Assembly (NCBI RefSeq): GCF_009914755.1
Contig: NC_060925.1
Length of the DNA stretch: 64,000 bases
Reading direction: 5' to 3' (one strand)
From: the human T2T-CHM13v2.0 reference genome, Homo sapiens
The notes beneath the pieces are model-generated. The model ran no database searches. It worked only from the letters and a program-made list of their open reading frames with translations, and was not told the origin of the DNA. Shown here piece after piece: positions 31,301-64,000 of the stretch; the first letter of the stretch is position 1, and every line of letters starts with the position of its first letter. Made by a program: the position numbers and the translations under genes.

Positions 31301-31641
31301 CCTTCCCCCACTGCCTACCATCCTGCCAGCCTTAGAAGCAGCTGTCAAAAGAGATCAGCATCAGGCTTGAGCGGCACCTCCCCCACTCTCCGAGGAGGCG
31401 GGTCCGGTTAGGCAGGAGAGGCCTTGGCTGGCAGTGCTCAGGAGTCCCAGGCCTGGACCAGGTACTGGGCGGGCCTCCCTCAGCCCTGGTCCAGGCCCCA
31501 TCGCTACCTTAGATGATTGGATGCCACCAATCAGCATTATCGAAGGAAGGATGTGTTATTAGCTCCCACAACAGTATGCCTTTTCCATTTGATTTCTGTG
31601 AAATCAACCGCCCCTACCTCAAGGGAGGGCACATATAACCC

Positions 31642-36395
<4,754 letters not shown>

Positions 36396-36699
36396 TGAGA
36401 AAGCATTCACAGGCCTCACCAGATGCCAGAGTCCATACTGCAAAATCCAAGGGAGGCTAAACACCCCAGTTCTAAATGTTTTCAAGCCATTCAGATACTG
36501 TGCACAGCTGCCCTTTGAAGTACGGTCTATTATATCTCTTTTACAGACCCAGAAACTGAGGCGCAGAAGTTAGGGTCAGCCCCAGGTCACACAGCTAACA
36601 AGAGCTGGCCTAGGCACCCAGGGACCTGGCCCCCTAGCCTCTGTGCTTTGCTACTGATTTCAGCGCTCCTCTTGTGGCTTTTTCTTGAGGAGCCCAAGG

Positions 36700-48972
<12,273 letters not shown>

Positions 48973-49285
48973 CCCTGGCCAGCACTCTAGCTCCTGACCT
49001 TTGACCCGAGGGCCACCTCAACCCCAGCTTCTGACGTGTCCAGGACAGAGCATCCCTGGATTCTGTTCAGGGTGGGAAGTAGTACTGCTAGTCATGGTCT
49101 CACCCCGAGCTGACCCCTCTGCCTGGGCTTTGTGCCACCCTCTCCCTTGCCAAAGAAGAAACTCTCCCCCCAAATCCTCCAACCTCTGGGGCCACAGCCC
49201 TGCCCCTCCAGTTCCTTGGCAGTTCTCCCCCAAACCAGGTCTGTACAGGTGTTCTTTATTTTACATGAGGGCTACTTTCCAACCA

Positions 49286-49291
49286 AATAAA
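49286..49291 (+). terminator. Polyadenylation signal of CNKSR1
   Basis: AATAAA ~314 nt after the stop, preceded by TGTA and U-rich elements. Confidence 0.8.
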
Positions 49292-50051
49292 GTCAATTTT
49301 TCTAAGAATGAGTCTACATGTAACTTTACTTCCATATTCGAATTGGAAATCTGCCCCCCTGTGGGGACTGGGGTGAGTGCTCTTGGCCAGAGGGTGGGTG
49401 GCAGACCCTTCGTGCAGCCCGTTGGCCTGGGCTCTGTACCCGAGCTCCAAGCCTGCCAGGATGGTGGGGGATGACCCATGGCTAATGAGGGCTCCGACTC
49501 ATGTCCACCTCTCCCCAGCTCTTTGAAGGCTAATGGTGATCTCCTACCCCATTCCCGGGGGGCACACAATGAGAAACTTCCACTTTGTAGATGGGGAAAT
49601 GCACTTTGCACGGAAAGGTGGTGGGGACAGTCCTGGAGACTGGGCTGGTAGGACAGGGCAGCTGGTGGGGAAGGGTGCAGGTTGAGGTCTGCCCTGGGAA
49701 GGCCCTGGGGAAAACACTTCTCTCCTTCACTCCTCATTCCAGCCTCACCTCCACCTCCTGGATCCAAGGCAGGGACATGTCCCTGTGACTCCATTCAGGC
49801 TGCACGGGAAATCTGACCTGCTCCCATCAGCCTCTGACTTCCAACCCCAGCCCAGCATCCCCACAGCATCCCCAGACTTCCTCTGTGGGATGCGGAGGAG
49901 GGCCAATGGGAGGAGCTTCTCTCCAGGTTGGAATTCCTCAGTAGAATGCAGACGGCTGGAGGTCACAGAGGCCTCTGTGATATCACCACGAGGGGGAGTG
50001 AGACCACTTGGAGTGAAGATTCTTTGAGGAGAAGGAAGAGACTGAGCAAAC

Positions 50052-61969
<11,918 letters not shown>

Positions 61970-62371
61970 GAGGCCAGGATGGGAGCCAAGGGGCCTGCAC
62001 ACACACACCCAGCCGCTGCGTCTTCCTGTGTCCTTAGTGTGGCTTGGCAGAGCCTGCCCAGAGCCCATCCTCTCCCTTATACCTGGGCAGAGGCCAGGGG
62101 CTGTGAAGGTGGCAGCACCTGCAGGTCTGGTGCCTGTGAGCCCCAGGTCCGGTGGAGCAAGGAGAGAGGAGGATGCTGGATGATGAGAGTGGGAACCCTA
62201 GCAGCAAGGATGAGCACAGAAGGGGGTGCTGGCCAACGCAGCCAGGATTTGACCTAAGGATGGGGATCCCTGGCCCCCTGCTCTTGCCCAGAGCTGGTGG
62301 GGGGCCTCAGTGGGCCCCAGAACCAAGAAGAGAAAGGCAAGGCCAGTGGGGCCAGACATCTGTGTGTTGAC

Positions 62372-62377
62372 AATAAA
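62372..62377 (+). terminator. Polyadenylation signal of CATSPER4
   Basis: AATAAA ~400 nt after the stop, followed by GT-rich sequence. Confidence 0.75.
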
Positions 62378-63528
62378 GTTTTGTGTTGGAATCAATGTCT
62401 CTGACTGGTGGATCTCCAACTCCTTGGGGCACTTGCCTGGGTCTAATAGGAAAGACAGATCTTGCCCCTCAAAATCCCGTTTGTCTGGTGGGAGAGTCAC
62501 AGGCTGCCCTGAAGAGCATCCAGTCTAATGGGAGGGAGAATTGCACCCCTAAAAATTTCTGACTTAATGGTAGAGATATAACCCTTGCCCTCAGGGTCCT
62601 AAGCTTTGTGGAGGAAAGTCTGGTCCTCATGGGAGGGAGCCCCTGTCTGATGAAGGAGATGGCCCTACCTGCTCTCTCCCTGTCTGAAGATGGAGACTGG
62701 TCCTCACTCTGGGGAGCCCTTGTCTGATGGGATCACCAATGACCAAGTCACACAAGTACAGGCACCTCCATCCTAGGGCAATGGAGACTGACTACTTAAA
62801 ATGTGGGTCCTGGCAGCTTCCTAGAGGAGAGGAAGATTTTGCGGGTCAGATGAATGAAGTCTGGTGGGGAACTTAGGACCTGTGAAGCCTATTTGGGATC
62901 TTCATACTCAAGGCCACTGAGAGCCTCAGCAGGTTCCTGAGCTATGCAATCTGGGGAGAGTCAGAAAATTGTGGCAGTTATGGGCAATAGAAAGAGCTGC
63001 CTTGGAGGACAGGAAACCTCGGTTCTGGTCCTTCAGTGAGTCACTTGGCCTTGTTTTCCCCATCTGTGCGATGGAGAGAGGGTGAGATTGATCTCCATCT
63101 CTAAAATCAAATAATCCCCTCTTATCCCAGGAAGTGGAAGACCCATGGGATCAGCTATGTCCCTGGGATGCAGGTGTCAGGGGATAGCCTGGAAGGCCTG
63201 GACATCTGCCCTGTTGTTCAGCGAAGCCTGACACTTAGGGGCCGTGGCGATATTCACCAGTTGGAATGGGAGTCCCCAGAGGTCCACTGATTGCAGCTGA
63301 TGGGAAACCCCACCCCCCATCGTCCTCCCATCAGCATTGGTTCCAACTCTGAAAAGCCCCCTGGGGTCTGTTGGGAAGGAGTCTGGCCCCTGGGGATGGA
63401 TGGTGCACTCAGTAGGCAGATGAGAGGCAGCAACAGAGCCAGCAGTGCCTTACTGTCTCGGAGCCGTTAATCTATTCCCCTGTTTGAGCCAGGACTTCTT
63501 CCCAGCACCCTCCAGGACCATCAGCAGC

Positions 63529-63601
63529 ACAGAGAAGGGCACCCAGCGGATTTTGCTGCTGCTGTTGCTACTTACTGGAGATGGCGCCCTCAACCTGCCT
63601 G
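63529..63601 (+). pseudogene. Decayed signal-peptide-like first exon (start codon lost), possibly the 5' exon of the downstream ZP-domain pseudogene
   Basis: Reads (T)EKGTQRILLLLLLLTGDGALNLP followed by a phase-1 donor CTG|GTGAGT at 63602. There is no ATG; ACA sits in a Kozak-like GCAGC context. Confidence 0.4.
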
Positions 63602-64000
63602 GTGAGTATCTACATACTCTTTCCACCCATCTTTCTCTGGGGGCCCTCTCAGCCCCTCTTCTTGTTGGCCAGAGAGGGAAGAAGGTGGCAGATCAGATGG
63701 TGTCTTCAGGAGGAGCTAACAGTTTGAGTATGGCTATCCTTCACCCCTAACTGTCGAAAGGCTTGGAGCATCAGTGAGCTTACAGTCAGGAGCACAGCAG
63801 GGTGACCTCCATGGAGCTCCTGGCCTTGACCATCTATCTCCTCCAGGATGCTATTTTGTCTATCTACTCCCTTCATCTTGTTTGTCATCTCATCTGTCTC
63901 TGCCTTTGTCTTTCCCATCCGGGCCAACCTAACAGCCTGGAGTTTCAGCAGGCTAGTTCCTTCCCAAACTGGCCTGGAACTGAGGGCCCAGGAAGTCATA

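Overview
Human-like (primate) genomic DNA, Alu-dense, recognised from its protein sequences as the chr1p36.11 block. The first ~18 kb is intergenic and repeat-rich (Alu, old L1, MIR, MER44, a 42-bp minisatellite). I rebuilt six protein-coding genes by hand from GT-AG exon chains, and each closes in frame: FAM110D (+, 271 aa), C1orf232 (-, 4 exons, 186 aa), ZNF593 (+, 3 exons, 134 aa), ZNF593OS (-, 63-aa single-TM microprotein missing from the ORF track, with a transcript that probably runs antisense over all of ZNF593), CNKSR1 (+, 21 exons, 713/720 aa) and CATSPER4 (+, 10 exons, 472 aa). Most ORFs in the supplied track are Alu translation artefacts. No prokaryotic-type system, CRISPR array, rRNA or tRNA was seen. 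The best leads are: the ZNF593OS microprotein and its uATG-removing leader intron; a minisatellite built from a CNKSR1 splice junction that leaves intron 9 in frame and stop-free; a perfect 24-bp hairpin in CNKSR1 intron 13; an atypical GTTAAGT donor; five periodic DR1 nuclear-receptor elements across the CNKSR1 stop codon, ~1 kb upstream of CATSPER4; a spliced uORF abutting the FAM110D start; and a start-less signal-peptide exon near the window end (possible ZPLD2P 5' exon). Gene names and known variants come from memory; no searches were run. Repeat boundaries are approximate.
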